64,000 nt of DNA, taken from Bigelowiella natans CCMP2755. Taxonomy: Eukaryota; Protista; Cercozoa. The stretch is taken from assembly GCA_000320545.1 (NCBI GenBank), contig ADNK01000550.1:1-64000 (forward strand), in the 5' to 3' direction. Position 1 is the stretch's first letter, and every line of letters starts with the position of its first letter. Below are positions 9,380-19,050 of the stretch, piece after piece. The translations under genes and the position numbers were made by a program. A model generated the notes under the pieces. That model was given only the letters and a program-made list of their open reading frames with translations, searched no databases and was not told where the DNA came from.

Positions 9380-10557
9380 CGCAGCTTTCCTCTACTTGCC
9401 GTAAGAAATTGTCCGGTACACCCCCTCCTGTGTCTTCTGGCTTTAATTGTCATCGCAGCTTCCTCTACTTGCCGTGAGAAATCATCCCGTGTACCCTCCT
9501 GCGTCTTCTGGCTTTGATCATCATCGCAGCTTCCTCTACTTGCCGTAAGAAATTATCCGGTGTGCCCCTCCTGCGTCTTCTGGCTTTAATTGTTATCGCA
9601 GCTTCCTCTACTTGCCGTAAGAAATTATCCGGTGTGCCCCTCCTGCGTCTTCTGGCTTTAATTGTTATCGCAGCTTCCTCTACTTGCCGTAAGAAATCAT
9701 CCGGTGTGCCCGGGGCTGCGTCTTCTGGCTTTAATTGTGATCGCAGCTTCCTCTACTTGCCGTAAGAAATTATCCGGTGTACCCCTCCTGCGTCTTCTGG
9801 CTTTAATTGTTATCGCAGCTTCCTCTACTTGCCGTAAGAAATTATCCGGTGTACCCCTCCTGCGTCTTCTGGCTTTAATTGTTATCGCAGCTTCCTGTAC
9901 TTGCCGTAAGAAATTATCCGGTGCACCCCTCCTGCGTCTTCTGGCTTTAATTGTCATCGCAGCTTCCTCTACTTGCCGTAAGAAATTATCCGGTGTACCC
10001 CTCCTGCGTCTTCTGGCTTTAATTGTTATCGCAGCTTCCTCTACTTGCCGTAAGAAATTATCCGGTGTACCCCTCCTGCGTCTTCTGGCTTTAATTGTTA
10101 TCGCAGCTTCCTCTACTTGCCGTAAGAAATTATCCGGTGTACCCCTCCTGCGTCTTCTGGCTTTAATTGTTATCGCAGCTTCCTGTACTTGCCGTAAGAA
10201 ATTATCCGGTGCACCCCTCCTGCGTCTTCTGGCTTTAATTGTTATCACAGCTTCCTCTACTTGCCGTAAGAAATTATCCGGTGTACCCCTCCTGCGTCTT
10301 CTGGCTTTAATTGTTATCGCAGCTTCCTCTACTTGCCGTAAGAAATTATCCGGTGTACCCCTCCTGCGTCTTCTGGCTTTAATTGTCATCGCAGCTTCCT
10401 CTACTTGCCGTAAGAAATTATCCGGTGTACCCCTCCTGCGTCTTCTGGCTTTAATTGTTATCGCAGCTTCCTGTACTTGCCGTAAGAAATTATCCGGTGT
10501 ACCCCTCCTGCGTCTTCTGGCTTTAATTGTTATCGCAGCTTCCTCTACTTGCCGTAA
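9380..10557. repeat. 72-bp tandem array, ~16 copies
   Basis: Unit cgcagcttcctctacttgccgtaagaaattatccggtgtacccctcctgcgtcttctggctttaattgttat; left units are more degenerate. Confidence 0.98.
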
Positions 10558-10684
10558 AAGTCCCTCGAGAAGATCATGCAGATGTTGAAAGCCAATGCAA
10601 CGCCCTCTTCTTCTTCGAATGCTTGAATGTTAACAACAACAAAATTTCATGTGTAACATCGCTTGTGATCTTCTTTTGATGCAT

Positions 10685-11038
10685 TTAAGGCTTGAATGCT
10701 GTGCAATTATTCGCGATTAGCTCGTTCACTTTTTTTTGGTCATAGCCTAACACTGCTTTGATTGAGTCTGCGCTCTGGCGCGTGTTCTTAAGTATTGCTT
10801 TGAATGCCGTGTTAAATTTTTCTTCAGTGACGCCTGTCACTCTATTGCGCAATTGTTGCATACATTCGCTTTCCATGACCGTCTCAATTGGCTCGTCCGA
10901 AAAGAGTCCAACGCGCACAATGCAGGGAAGGTCTCCTTTTCTAATGACTATGTTCACTTTTTTCAATTCGTCGTGTATCAACATGCACATGGGTTTTATG
11001 ATCGTTGAGGAGTCAACAAGACTTGTCAAAAAGCTCAT
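10685..11038 (-). CDS. Hypothetical protein
   Basis: 117-aa ATG ORF with globular composition. Confidence 0.6.
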   Translation of the reverse strand: MSFLTSLVDSSTIIKPMCMLIHDELKKVNIVIRKGDLPCIVRVGLFSDEPIETVMESECMQQLRNRVTGVTEEKFNTAFKAILKNTRQSADSIKAVLGYDQKKVNELIANNCTAFKP

Positions 11039-11280
11039 GATGCAGTCTCACTTGTTGGTTTTCAACGCTTCGCGCGATTGTCGTGAGTTGTTTGTGTTGC
11101 TTCTTCCACGTGCTGTCCATCACAGACCGTGATGTCTTTTTTCGGTGGTTGTGTGTGAGACCTCCCTCATGACATGCACATTTGAGCATTAGGATATATT
11201 TTTTTTTTGTGTGGGTCCCAGACACAATGCTCTGGGTTTTTAGAAATTGAGCTGAAGTGTGCACACATCAGTGACTAACC

Positions 11281-11649
11281 ATGTTCAACAGAACCGCGAA
11301 ACCAGACGGAAAAGTGTCCGAGAGAAAGAAAGAAAAAAAAACTTACAGAGTCACTCACTACAATGGCAAGCCGCTCGAAAAAACCAAGGAATACAAGGGC
11401 GGTCGCGATTTACCTGAATACAAAAATGACACTCCAGGAAACGCCGCTAAAAAATGCGGCCGAATCCTCAAAGAAATGAAAAAGAAAACAGGCACGTTCA
11501 CACTTCAGATGATATCTTCAGGGTACAGAGTGCCACAATACAAAGAATACAAGTACAAAGTCGAACGCATCAAAAAGAAAGTACCAGATGAATTTGGAGA
11601 CTTTGAAATCAAGGCCACACCAATCAAACCAAGGAAGCAAAAGAAGTGA
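11281..11649 (+). CDS. MC1-like non-histone chromosomal protein (giant-virus type)
   Basis: Lys-rich 122 aa with GGR...TPGNAAKK...FTLQ...YKY..ER.K..P pattern typical of viral MC1 homologues. Confidence 0.65.
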   Translation: MFNRTAKPDGKVSERKKEKKTYRVTHYNGKPLEKTKEYKGGRDLPEYKNDTPGNAAKKCGRILKEMKKKTGTFTLQMISSGYRVPQYKEYKYKVERIKKKVPDEFGDFEIKATPIKPRKQKK

Positions 11650-14117
11650 AATGCAGCCGACTTTTTTTTGCGATGAAAACAACAACTGCAAGAGGCGAGA
11701 CGGTGTGCAAACAAGCAACCATGAGAATTTCACGCAGAAGACAAAAACGAGTCACGAAACCAGGCGTGCAAGACCATGGCAGCGACGAGAAAGACAACGA
11801 AGATGAGGAAAAAGACTTAGATCCTGGTGAACTCCTGACCGAAATCACCGGCGCTCCACTGCGTTACGACTTTGACATGTCTCCAGAGGACAATGAATGG
11901 GTACGACTGCATGACGTGCTGTTCGTCCGACTGCATTTGCTCGACATGATCACGCACATCGTCCAAGGCGAGATGTACAAGTCCGAACTTGGTGCGACAT
12001 CGACAAGTCGGTCGGGTGAGGACGTTTTTGTCATGTGCTGCCTTCAGAACAATCGTTTCATCGAAATCGCCGAGGCGATTCTGCACGCTTCCATCCGCGA
12101 CGCGAGAGGCGGGGTTGACAGAAAAGTCGCCGCGTGGCAGAAACCCCTGGAACGAAAGCATTCCAGACCCGACAACCTCTGGAAAGTGGCGAGCATGCGC
12201 TCAGCAAACCCCGAGCGCAAGACACGAGTGAGACGCATGATCGAGGGTTTTCTCGAAGACGAAAAAGATGATTCCAACTTGAGCGCAACCTCAAAACGGC
12301 TGCTGCTGTCAAGAACCGCGGATGCCGACTCGGACGCTCAGAAACGCATCAACCGCTTTCTTCTGGGCCAGGCCGTGATTGTGCCCAATTGCGACGTTGA
12401 CATGTGCTGGAAGCTGGTTGTCGGGGCCAACAAAACGCGCGATGGCATGCGAGATGGCAACGAAGATGTCAAAGAGGGATGGCAGCAGGCACGCAAATTT
12501 CAGAATTGGGTGGTCAACAAACAACCCGAAACCAAGAACAACGGTTACAGTTTCAGGGCAGCGTTCTTGCTTCTGATCAACGAGATGCAGGACTGGGGGG
12601 TTGCTCCAGGGCAAACGGCGCAGCGCAGCTCGGCAATCCGCTGGAACACGAACCTCGTCGAAGACATGGATGCGATGCGCACTCGAATCATCGGCATGTA
12701 CGGTTCCTTCACACGTCGCTCTTTCCTCATGTTCCTGCACCAGGAGTCCAGTGACATCAAACACACCAGGCATGGCTTTCTGTACTGCCAGCTGCCATCC
12801 ACGCAGCAGATTCGGCAGATCTTCGAGGCGCATGTGCTCAAACGCCTTCCTTCCGGCAGTCGGAACGCCTTCTGGCTCAATCTCTTGCAGCACACACACC
12901 GCGCGAACGCTTCTGAGGCCGACATTCGAACGCCTGACCCTCGCTTCTTTGTGAGTCGGACTGCCCACCGGGATTTCTTTCTGCAGACACGCATTCCGGT
13001 CGAAGTGGACGACGAGTCGGATCTCTTGCTTCTCAACGCGATGAACGAGTTGTACGAGGTGGTCGGGCGTTTGCAGCGTCCGGTGTCGCGAAACGCACAC
13101 AACTACAACACACTGGCGCAGTTTGTCGCGTGTGTTTGGACCTCTGTGATGTCGAATGTGGGTGCCGTCGATCACATGTCCCTGCTCGCGAAATCGTTTG
13201 CGTTGCAGCACATCAAACGCGTCATGGTCGCCCCGGTTGCCGCCGGGGATGTAGACTCCGGTGAGGATTCCGGGGAGGAGAAGGCCGACGACGCGGTGAC
13301 CCTTTCAAGCATGGAGGTGACTCAACGCCGGAATTACAAATTCTTTTCACAACCAAGTGCTGCCACACAACAACTCAGGTCCTTGGACGAACGGCACACT
13401 GACCAGATGCGTCTTCGTTTGCTCAACAGGATTCGAAGCAGCACCCTGCAACTTCGAGTGCAGGATTTTCCTCTCTATCTGCTTCCCTCTTTGGACACCA
13501 TGGAACGCGAGCAGCTGCTAGTCGAGTCCCGAAAATTGAACTTTGAAAGATGCACCCGCTCCCCAGATTGCCGCTGCATGAGGCCCATCCTGGACCACGA
13601 AGCTGCAGCAGCCGATTCCGAGGAGGAGAGGGTCGTCGACATCGTTTTGCTTCTGCCAAAACACGCATGCAAGAAACAAAACAACGGGGACTACGTGGCG
13701 ATTGACCTGCACCGCAATGAAACACCAAGACAGCCGCTTCTTTCGCAAATGGTTGATGTTGCGAATGCGCCAAGAACCAGAGGCGTCAGCGTCAAGGAGG
13801 CTCTGCCCAGACGATTTCAGGACCCTGCCGCGTGCGTTTTCGATTTGCTGTTTACTGACGTCGACGGCAAGGTCAGGGTGCGCGATCGGATGAAAAACAA
13901 CGATCGAGCAAGAATGCGCGTGCATTCCGCGCTGAACTTCACAGTGTTTCCTAGAAGTACTCGCCAGCCCAGTGACTCGGTGCACATCATTGCATTGGAA
14001 TCCTTGGAATCTCGGCTGCTCTCAGGTCAGCGCGGCGCTGCTGTGTTGCACAACATGATGGACGGGCTTGCACATGTCATTCCAGACAAACTTGACACTG
14101 TCTTGTTTTTGCGTTGA
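11646..14117 (+). CDS. Large hypothetical protein (start may be 11673 or 11721)
   Basis: 823-aa uninterrupted ORF; no motif recognised. Confidence 0.85.
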   Translation: MKCSRLFFAMKTTTARGETVCKQATMRISRRRQKRVTKPGVQDHGSDEKDNEDEEKDLDPGELLTEITGAPLRYDFDMSPEDNEWVRLHDVLFVRLHLLDMITHIVQGEMYKSELGATSTSRSGEDVFVMCCLQNNRFIEIAEAILHASIRDARGGVDRKVAAWQKPLERKHSRPDNLWKVASMRSANPERKTRVRRMIEGFLEDEKDDSNLSATSKRLLLSRTADADSDAQKRINRFLLGQAVIVPNCDVDMCWKLVVGANKTRDGMRDGNEDVKEGWQQARKFQNWVVNKQPETKNNGYSFRAAFLLLINEMQDWGVAPGQTAQRSSAIRWNTNLVEDMDAMRTRIIGMYGSFTRRSFLMFLHQESSDIKHTRHGFLYCQLPSTQQIRQIFEAHVLKRLPSGSRNAFWLNLLQHTHRANASEADIRTPDPRFFVSRTAHRDFFLQTRIPVEVDDESDLLLLNAMNELYEVVGRLQRPVSRNAHNYNTLAQFVACVWTSVMSNVGAVDHMSLLAKSFALQHIKRVMVAPVAAGDVDSGEDSGEEKADDAVTLSSMEVTQRRNYKFFSQPSAATQQLRSLDERHTDQMRLRLLNRIRSSTLQLRVQDFPLYLLPSLDTMEREQLLVESRKLNFERCTRSPDCRCMRPILDHEAAAADSEEERVVDIVLLLPKHACKKQNNGDYVAIDLHRNETPRQPLLSQMVDVANAPRTRGVSVKEALPRRFQDPAACVFDLLFTDVDGKVRVRDRMKNNDRARMRVHSALNFTVFPRSTRQPSDSVHIIALESLESRLLSGQRGAAVLHNMMDGLAHVIPDKLDTVLFLR

Positions 14118-14223
14118 TGTGCGGCCTGATGAAAAATAGTGAGTTTTTGTTTGATATTTTTCTGTTTTGTCCTTTGTGCATTTCATTGTGCATTGTTTTG
14201 TTTCGTGACCCTTTGCAAAACCA

Positions 14224-15888
14224 ATGAGTGTGCTGACTCAAGAATTTCGAGACATCTTGCCATTTGTGTTGGCTTGGGGCCAGCAATGTCACCTGCAATG
14301 CTGCCCGAACTCTGTTGCGGCGAACAAGACTCTGCTCAATGTCGCGAAAGTTGTCAACAAACCGACATCTAAGCCGAAAAAGGTGAAGGTTTCCCCGCTT
14401 TCCGTCCCAAGCACGTGGACTCCGGGAGAGGGTGTGAATGTGACCTATGCCAGTGATCTCAGTGACCCATCAAAAACGAAGACCGTCACCATTGTTGTGA
14501 ACAAAAACACAGTGAAAAGTGCGTCGTATGACTTTGAAGTCTCATTTGAGGATGACGACGCCAAAGTGAGTGGTGGAAAGGACCTGTTGTCGTTAGACAA
14601 AACCATCCAAGATCTGAAAAAACAAATTGAAGGGTTGAAAGATGAATTGGATTCGTCAAATTCTTCTTCTTCTCCTTCCATTCCTGGTGCTGGGGGCGTT
14701 CCTCCTCCTCCAGGCGCAGGCGGCTTTCCTCCCATTCCTGGTGCTGGGGGCATTCCCCTTCCTCCTCTTCCAAGCGCGGGCAGCTTTCCTCCCATTCCTG
14801 GTGCTGGGGGCGTTCCTCCTCCTCCAGGCGCAGGCGGCTTTCCTCCCATTCCTGGTGCTGGGGGCGTTCCCCCTCCTCCAGGCATGGGCGGCATTCCCCC
14901 TCCTCCAGGCATGGCTTCTCCTTCAGGCTTGGCTCCTCCTCCAGTTGTCCCTTCTGGGCCCACCGCAGCTGAATTGAAAAAAATGGAAGAGGAAAAGAAA
15001 AAATTGATCGAAAGGCAAAAAGCAGAAATCGATCAAAAATTCAAGAAATTTTTCGATGGAGTGGGTGGTAAAATTAGTGTGAAACAATTGATTGCATTCC
15101 ATGAAGTGTTGCAGAAAGATGTCAAAGAATCGTGCAAAAAACAAAAAATGAAAAATGTAACATTGCCAAATAAGCGCTTCACCATGTACTCAGCCATCAA
15201 AGACCCGGAAAAATACAACATTGTGTCCGGGGAAAATTTTGTCAAAGCATTCAAAAAGTCAATGTGGATTCAGGCGTTTGAGCAGATTTTGACGAGGAAT
15301 GAAACGACCGCACACAATTGCAATGACAGCGCTGTCACAACTGCCACCAAGCCTTATTTCAAATGTCGACTCGAAAAAATGATTTTAGCAGCGAAGAAAA
15401 AGAAAAAGTCGAAAAAAACTGCAGACACATCCGATTCCAAAGACAAGGATGACCAGAAAACCATCAAAATAGAAGATTTTATGAATGAAGACAAAAAAGA
15501 CCATCTGCCTTCTAAAATAGGGGTAGCATCCGCAGAAAAATTTGTCACCAAAAACTTAGACTACAACGACAACGTAGTGATGAGCAAGGTGTTGGAAAAA
15601 CTTGAAAATGTCTACGTCAACGACAAAGAAAACTTAACACAGATGACATTTGTTTTCAACAACAACGAAGTGATTCAATGGAACAATTTGAAAAAGGCTC
15701 TTCTTGATTCTCAAAGAGGGAAGTTTAAGACCGTCACAGAGGCATTTGAAGCTCTGGCTGAGGACCATGACGGCAACAAGAAAATCAAAAAAATCATGAA
15801 CTACATGTTGATGGTCGAATGGCAAGAACATCAAACAAAAATAAACAGAATGTTCTCAAAAGTCAATAGGGAAATTGCACAACGCTAA
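14224..15888 (+). CDS. Proline-rich (formin FH1-like) coiled-coil protein
   Basis: [18 protein letters not shown] / [11 protein letters not shown] repeats (14680-14913) flanked by coiled coils; no FH2 recognised. Confidence 0.8.
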   Translation: MSVLTQEFRDILPFVLAWGQQCHLQCCPNSVAANKTLLNVAKVVNKPTSKPKKVKVSPLSVPSTWTPGEGVNVTYASDLSDPSKTKTVTIVVNKNTVKSASYDFEVSFEDDDAKVSGGKDLLSLDKTIQDLKKQIEGLKDELDSSNSSSSPSIPGAGGVPPPPGAGGFPPIPGAGGIPLPPLPSAGSFPPIPGAGGVPPPPGAGGFPPIPGAGGVPPPPGMGGIPPPPGMASPSGLAPPPVVPSGPTAAELKKMEEEKKKLIERQKAEIDQKFKKFFDGVGGKISVKQLIAFHEVLQKDVKESCKKQKMKNVTLPNKRFTMYSAIKDPEKYNIVSGENFVKAFKKSMWIQAFEQILTRNETTAHNCNDSAVTTATKPYFKCRLEKMILAAKKKKKSKKTADTSDSKDKDDQKTIKIEDFMNEDKKDHLPSKIGVASAEKFVTKNLDYNDNVVMSKVLEKLENVYVNDKENLTQMTFVFNNNEVIQWNNLKKALLDSQRGKFKTVTEAFEALAEDHDGNKKIKKIMNYMLMVEWQEHQTKINRMFSKVNREIAQR

Positions 15889-15963
15889 TTTGCCTTTTTA
15901 TTTTTTTGAGTCACGTAGATTGCACGATCGTTTGATTGCTCGTGTTTTGAACACGAGCTCTTC

Positions 15964-16965
15964 ATGGACCTGTCCTCATTCCTCTCTGATGTGGATGTAC
16001 TGGAGAAATCTGTGCTGAAACATTTCACTAACTTCAACAAAATTTACGATTTGATCAAACAGAATGAAAGCATGTTCCTGGACATCTATGAGATTCTGAT
16101 CGTGCATTTCTTGTTGTTGCGGGCGTGGAATTGTTTCAAGGTCAACAACCAAGATTCGAAGAACCAAATGACACAACTCATGGGGCCTCTGCCTTTAGAT
16201 CTTGTAAATCTGCGGCAGGAATTCGCAGGTACGAAATCCACGAAATGGTCGCTCAAAACATCTTTGCTCATGAACAATGAAGCCTCCAAAAAGGCCATTT
16301 CTCTCTGCAAAACCTTGACAAAATTTAACAAAACTTTCAATTTGTTGAACGAGGAGACAAAAGAGAACCAAATACAGCTTCAAATGAAACTGCAAAATTA
16401 CAACAAGAACAAAAAGTCCGTGCAAGATGACAACGAAAAAAACAACAACAAGCTCAAGAAACTTCAAACCATGATCGATGATGAAAAAAAGAAATCAATG
16501 AAGTACAAAGTCATGAAAGCGGTTGAAAATAACTTGACGGAATTGCAAACCACGTACAAAAAGGCTTTGAAAGGCAAGGAAAAGATCGAAGATCTTCTGG
16601 CTGGCAAAAGCGAAACAGCATTGCCACAGTCCCTCAAACACCTCTACGAACTTTCTAAAATGTTCACATACTCTCCTGCGCTGCAATCAAAAAAAAAAGT
16701 AGCAGTTGTGACGTTCAGAGACACTTTGCAAACCATTGTCAAAAAAATTGACAAAAACGTTAATTTACCCCCATACACATATAAAAATCTTGTAGACGAC
16801 TTTGAAACATTGCAGAAAAACGATGCCCCTAAAAACTACACCAAAGCCATCGAGCTCCAATTAGATCTGCTGATTAACATTGGAAAGCTTGTGTACACGT
16901 TTCAAACATCTTGCGGCGGGGAAGAAATTGAGGAACTGATCAAAAAATTAGATTCTGCAACATGA
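15964..16965 (+). CDS. Coiled-coil hypothetical protein
   Basis: 333-aa K/N/E-rich ORF. Confidence 0.85.
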   Translation: MDLSSFLSDVDVLEKSVLKHFTNFNKIYDLIKQNESMFLDIYEILIVHFLLLRAWNCFKVNNQDSKNQMTQLMGPLPLDLVNLRQEFAGTKSTKWSLKTSLLMNNEASKKAISLCKTLTKFNKTFNLLNEETKENQIQLQMKLQNYNKNKKSVQDDNEKNNNKLKKLQTMIDDEKKKSMKYKVMKAVENNLTELQTTYKKALKGKEKIEDLLAGKSETALPQSLKHLYELSKMFTYSPALQSKKKVAVVTFRDTLQTIVKKIDKNVNLPPYTYKNLVDDFETLQKNDAPKNYTKAIELQLDLLINIGKLVYTFQTSCGGEEIEELIKKLDSAT

Positions 16966-17108
16966 TCGAAGAGTGCATTTCTTTTGACAAAATAACAATT
17001 TGTGCATCTCTGAAAGCTGACAAATGCAGGGCGTCTAGCCTGGCACGTACGCAAACCTACTGAGACACACAGCATTAGATTGTAAATTGAAAACTTAACA
17101 TTGCAGAG

Positions 17109-17522
17109 ATGAGCGTGATCAACGGTATTGTCGGAAACCTAATCGAGAGGTTTGCATTCCCCAGTCTTACGGTGCTGAGACTCGGTGTCTTCCAACTGGT
17201 AGACTCCGTGATTGAAGCGATTGCTTACATATTTGTAGCAGGGAAATTCGGAAGCAAGATTGACCAAAATTTCAAGATGTACAGTGGGTTCTCCTGGATT
17301 TCCAATGACAGCGTACGGGAGATCCTCAACTTGGCGTCGCAGATCGCCCTGCTGTTCCTGCTGCTCATAGTGGCGCAGAACGTGATCGAACGCATCCCAA
17401 GCCCGTTCAGTGGCCAGATCGGAACCTCCATTGGATCGGTCCTGTTCGTGCATGCCATCGTCGCCAACAGCCCCAATCTCATGGAGCGCATCAAAGATCT
17501 CATGACCAAGATGTCTCCGTAG
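17109..17522 (+). CDS. Small membrane protein resembling a conserved giant-virus family
   Basis: Hydrophobic helix followed by NVIERIPSPFSG, recalling the RN.VE.IP.P..G motif of uncharacterised NCLDV membrane proteins (from memory). Confidence 0.65.
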   Translation: MSVINGIVGNLIERFAFPSLTVLRLGVFQLVDSVIEAIAYIFVAGKFGSKIDQNFKMYSGFSWISNDSVREILNLASQIALLFLLLIVAQNVIERIPSPFSGQIGTSIGSVLFVHAIVANSPNLMERIKDLMTKMSP

Positions 17523-17531
17523 TCCAAGTCG

Positions 17532-18809
17532 TCAATTCAACAACGGAACATCTGCAGACGAAATCATCCGAGGACGATTCAAAATACCTTCCATCGGAGT
17601 GTATGGAATGGTCAAGTTCCTGTCGAGCTTTTTGAGGTAATGATACGCCTTGCGCTTGTCTATGCCTCTGAACTCATTTCTCTTGTAGTCCTTAAAATCT
17701 GCGATTTCTCTGATTCCATACAAGTCAAGGTAGTCGCGACCATTGTTCTTATTTGTTTTCACTCCGATTTGGTCTCTGCTGTCCAAGTACATCATGACCC
17801 CACGCGGCATTGCGGGTTCCTTCACGCCATCGAACTTTTGCATTCCCCACACACAGCGCCGTGTTTTATCACCTGATTCAATTCCTTGGAAATCTTTGTA
17901 TTCGTAGCCAAGCTCCTCTTGACATTGATGAAAAGGATCGCCTACTTTTCTGCAATCTTTCAAGTACGCATCGTGGGATCGTGATCCTGGTTTCCCTGCT
18001 TTTCGTAGTTTCTTCATGCATCTCAGTATTTCGCGTCCGTTTCTGTCATTGTCGAGGTCGCCTGCCAACCTAAAAAATTTCGTAGAAATGCAGTTACAGT
18101 ATCCCTTCATTTTTCTGTTTGTGTTTTGCAGATGTCGCCATGTACCTATGTTGCTTCCTTCGTAGAAAGTCTTGTTCACATCCGGCTCGAACACAGTGCG
18201 GTCGTATCTGCCGTAATAGTCGTAAGGTTCGTCTGTATTGGTTGGGAAACCTGTCAGATTGCGGTCAAATGCATCATCAGATGCATCATCGAACACAATT
18301 TCATCATCAGGCCTTACAATTAAAGAATTGGGTGGTGGGGGCGTACTGGGTGTGTCTTTGACATCATCATCATCATCACTAAGAGTGAGATCAATGACAT
18401 TGGCTGACGACGACGACGACAACGACGGTTTCGATCGTTTTGACTGTACAGGCGACGACGACAACGACGGTCTCGATCGCTTTGACGAGGAGGACGATGA
18501 CTCGTCTATTTTGAAACGAACATCTTCGCTTCCTGGAAACGGCACGAAGCATATAGGGGTTTTGGCATCGTCGAGATACACATCCGCATTCGGCGCATTC
18601 AAGGAGTTCTCAGATAGCTTGAGACCGTGCAAACTGTTTTTGTTTTTGTGCGAGCAATGTTCAAAAAACATCATGCTGTTGTTAATTGTGTTTTTGTACC
18701 GACTGTCACGCTTCGCCCTTGCGAGGGCTCTTTTCGAGAATCTGTTGCCTTTTGCCATTTCGCGCACGGCATGGTCAAAACGGAGCAAACTGTGTTTATT
18801 GTCCTGCAT
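17532..18809 (-). CDS. Hypothetical protein with Ser-rich linker and SIM-like VIDL motif
   Basis: ORF 17532..18974, likely start MQDNKH at 18809; VIDLTLSDDDDD. Confidence 0.8.
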   Translation of the reverse strand: MQDNKHSLLRFDHAVREMAKGNRFSKRALARAKRDSRYKNTINNSMMFFEHCSHKNKNSLHGLKLSENSLNAPNADVYLDDAKTPICFVPFPGSEDVRFKIDESSSSSSKRSRPSLSSSPVQSKRSKPSLSSSSSANVIDLTLSDDDDDVKDTPSTPPPPNSLIVRPDDEIVFDDASDDAFDRNLTGFPTNTDEPYDYYGRYDRTVFEPDVNKTFYEGSNIGTWRHLQNTNRKMKGYCNCISTKFFRLAGDLDNDRNGREILRCMKKLRKAGKPGSRSHDAYLKDCRKVGDPFHQCQEELGYEYKDFQGIESGDKTRRCVWGMQKFDGVKEPAMPRGVMMYLDSRDQIGVKTNKNNGRDYLDLYGIREIADFKDYKRNEFRGIDKRKAYHYLKKLDRNLTIPYTPMEGILNRPRMISSADVPLLN

Positions 18810-19050
18810 TGGCTGAGTTGCTGCTTCTGCCTTTTTTTTTTGGTTTTGTTTTTCTTTTTGGGACCACTCACTGGATGACACAGAAAAGCATCTGTGATTG
18901 CGCAACCCGTAGCAACACACAAAAAAAAAGTCACACCCGCATGCATGTGAAATCATGTTACACATTGAATTCATTCATCATTTGTCATTCCATTTTTGTC
19001 ATGCATTCTTCATTTGTCATTCATCATTCATTCTGCATCAATTTTGTTGT

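Noticed and set aside
9380-10557. CRISPR array, or a real plus-strand membrane protein (9662..10588)
   Set aside because: No unique spacers; the open frame follows from a 72-bp unit and has no credible ATG start.
862-10557. CpG deamination or fungal RIP as cause of the TA/TG/CA variants
   Set aside because: CG is not seen at the variable sites, CpG is abundant, and TA is depleted rather than enriched.
14224-15888. Bona fide formin
   Set aside because: No FH2 signature recognised.
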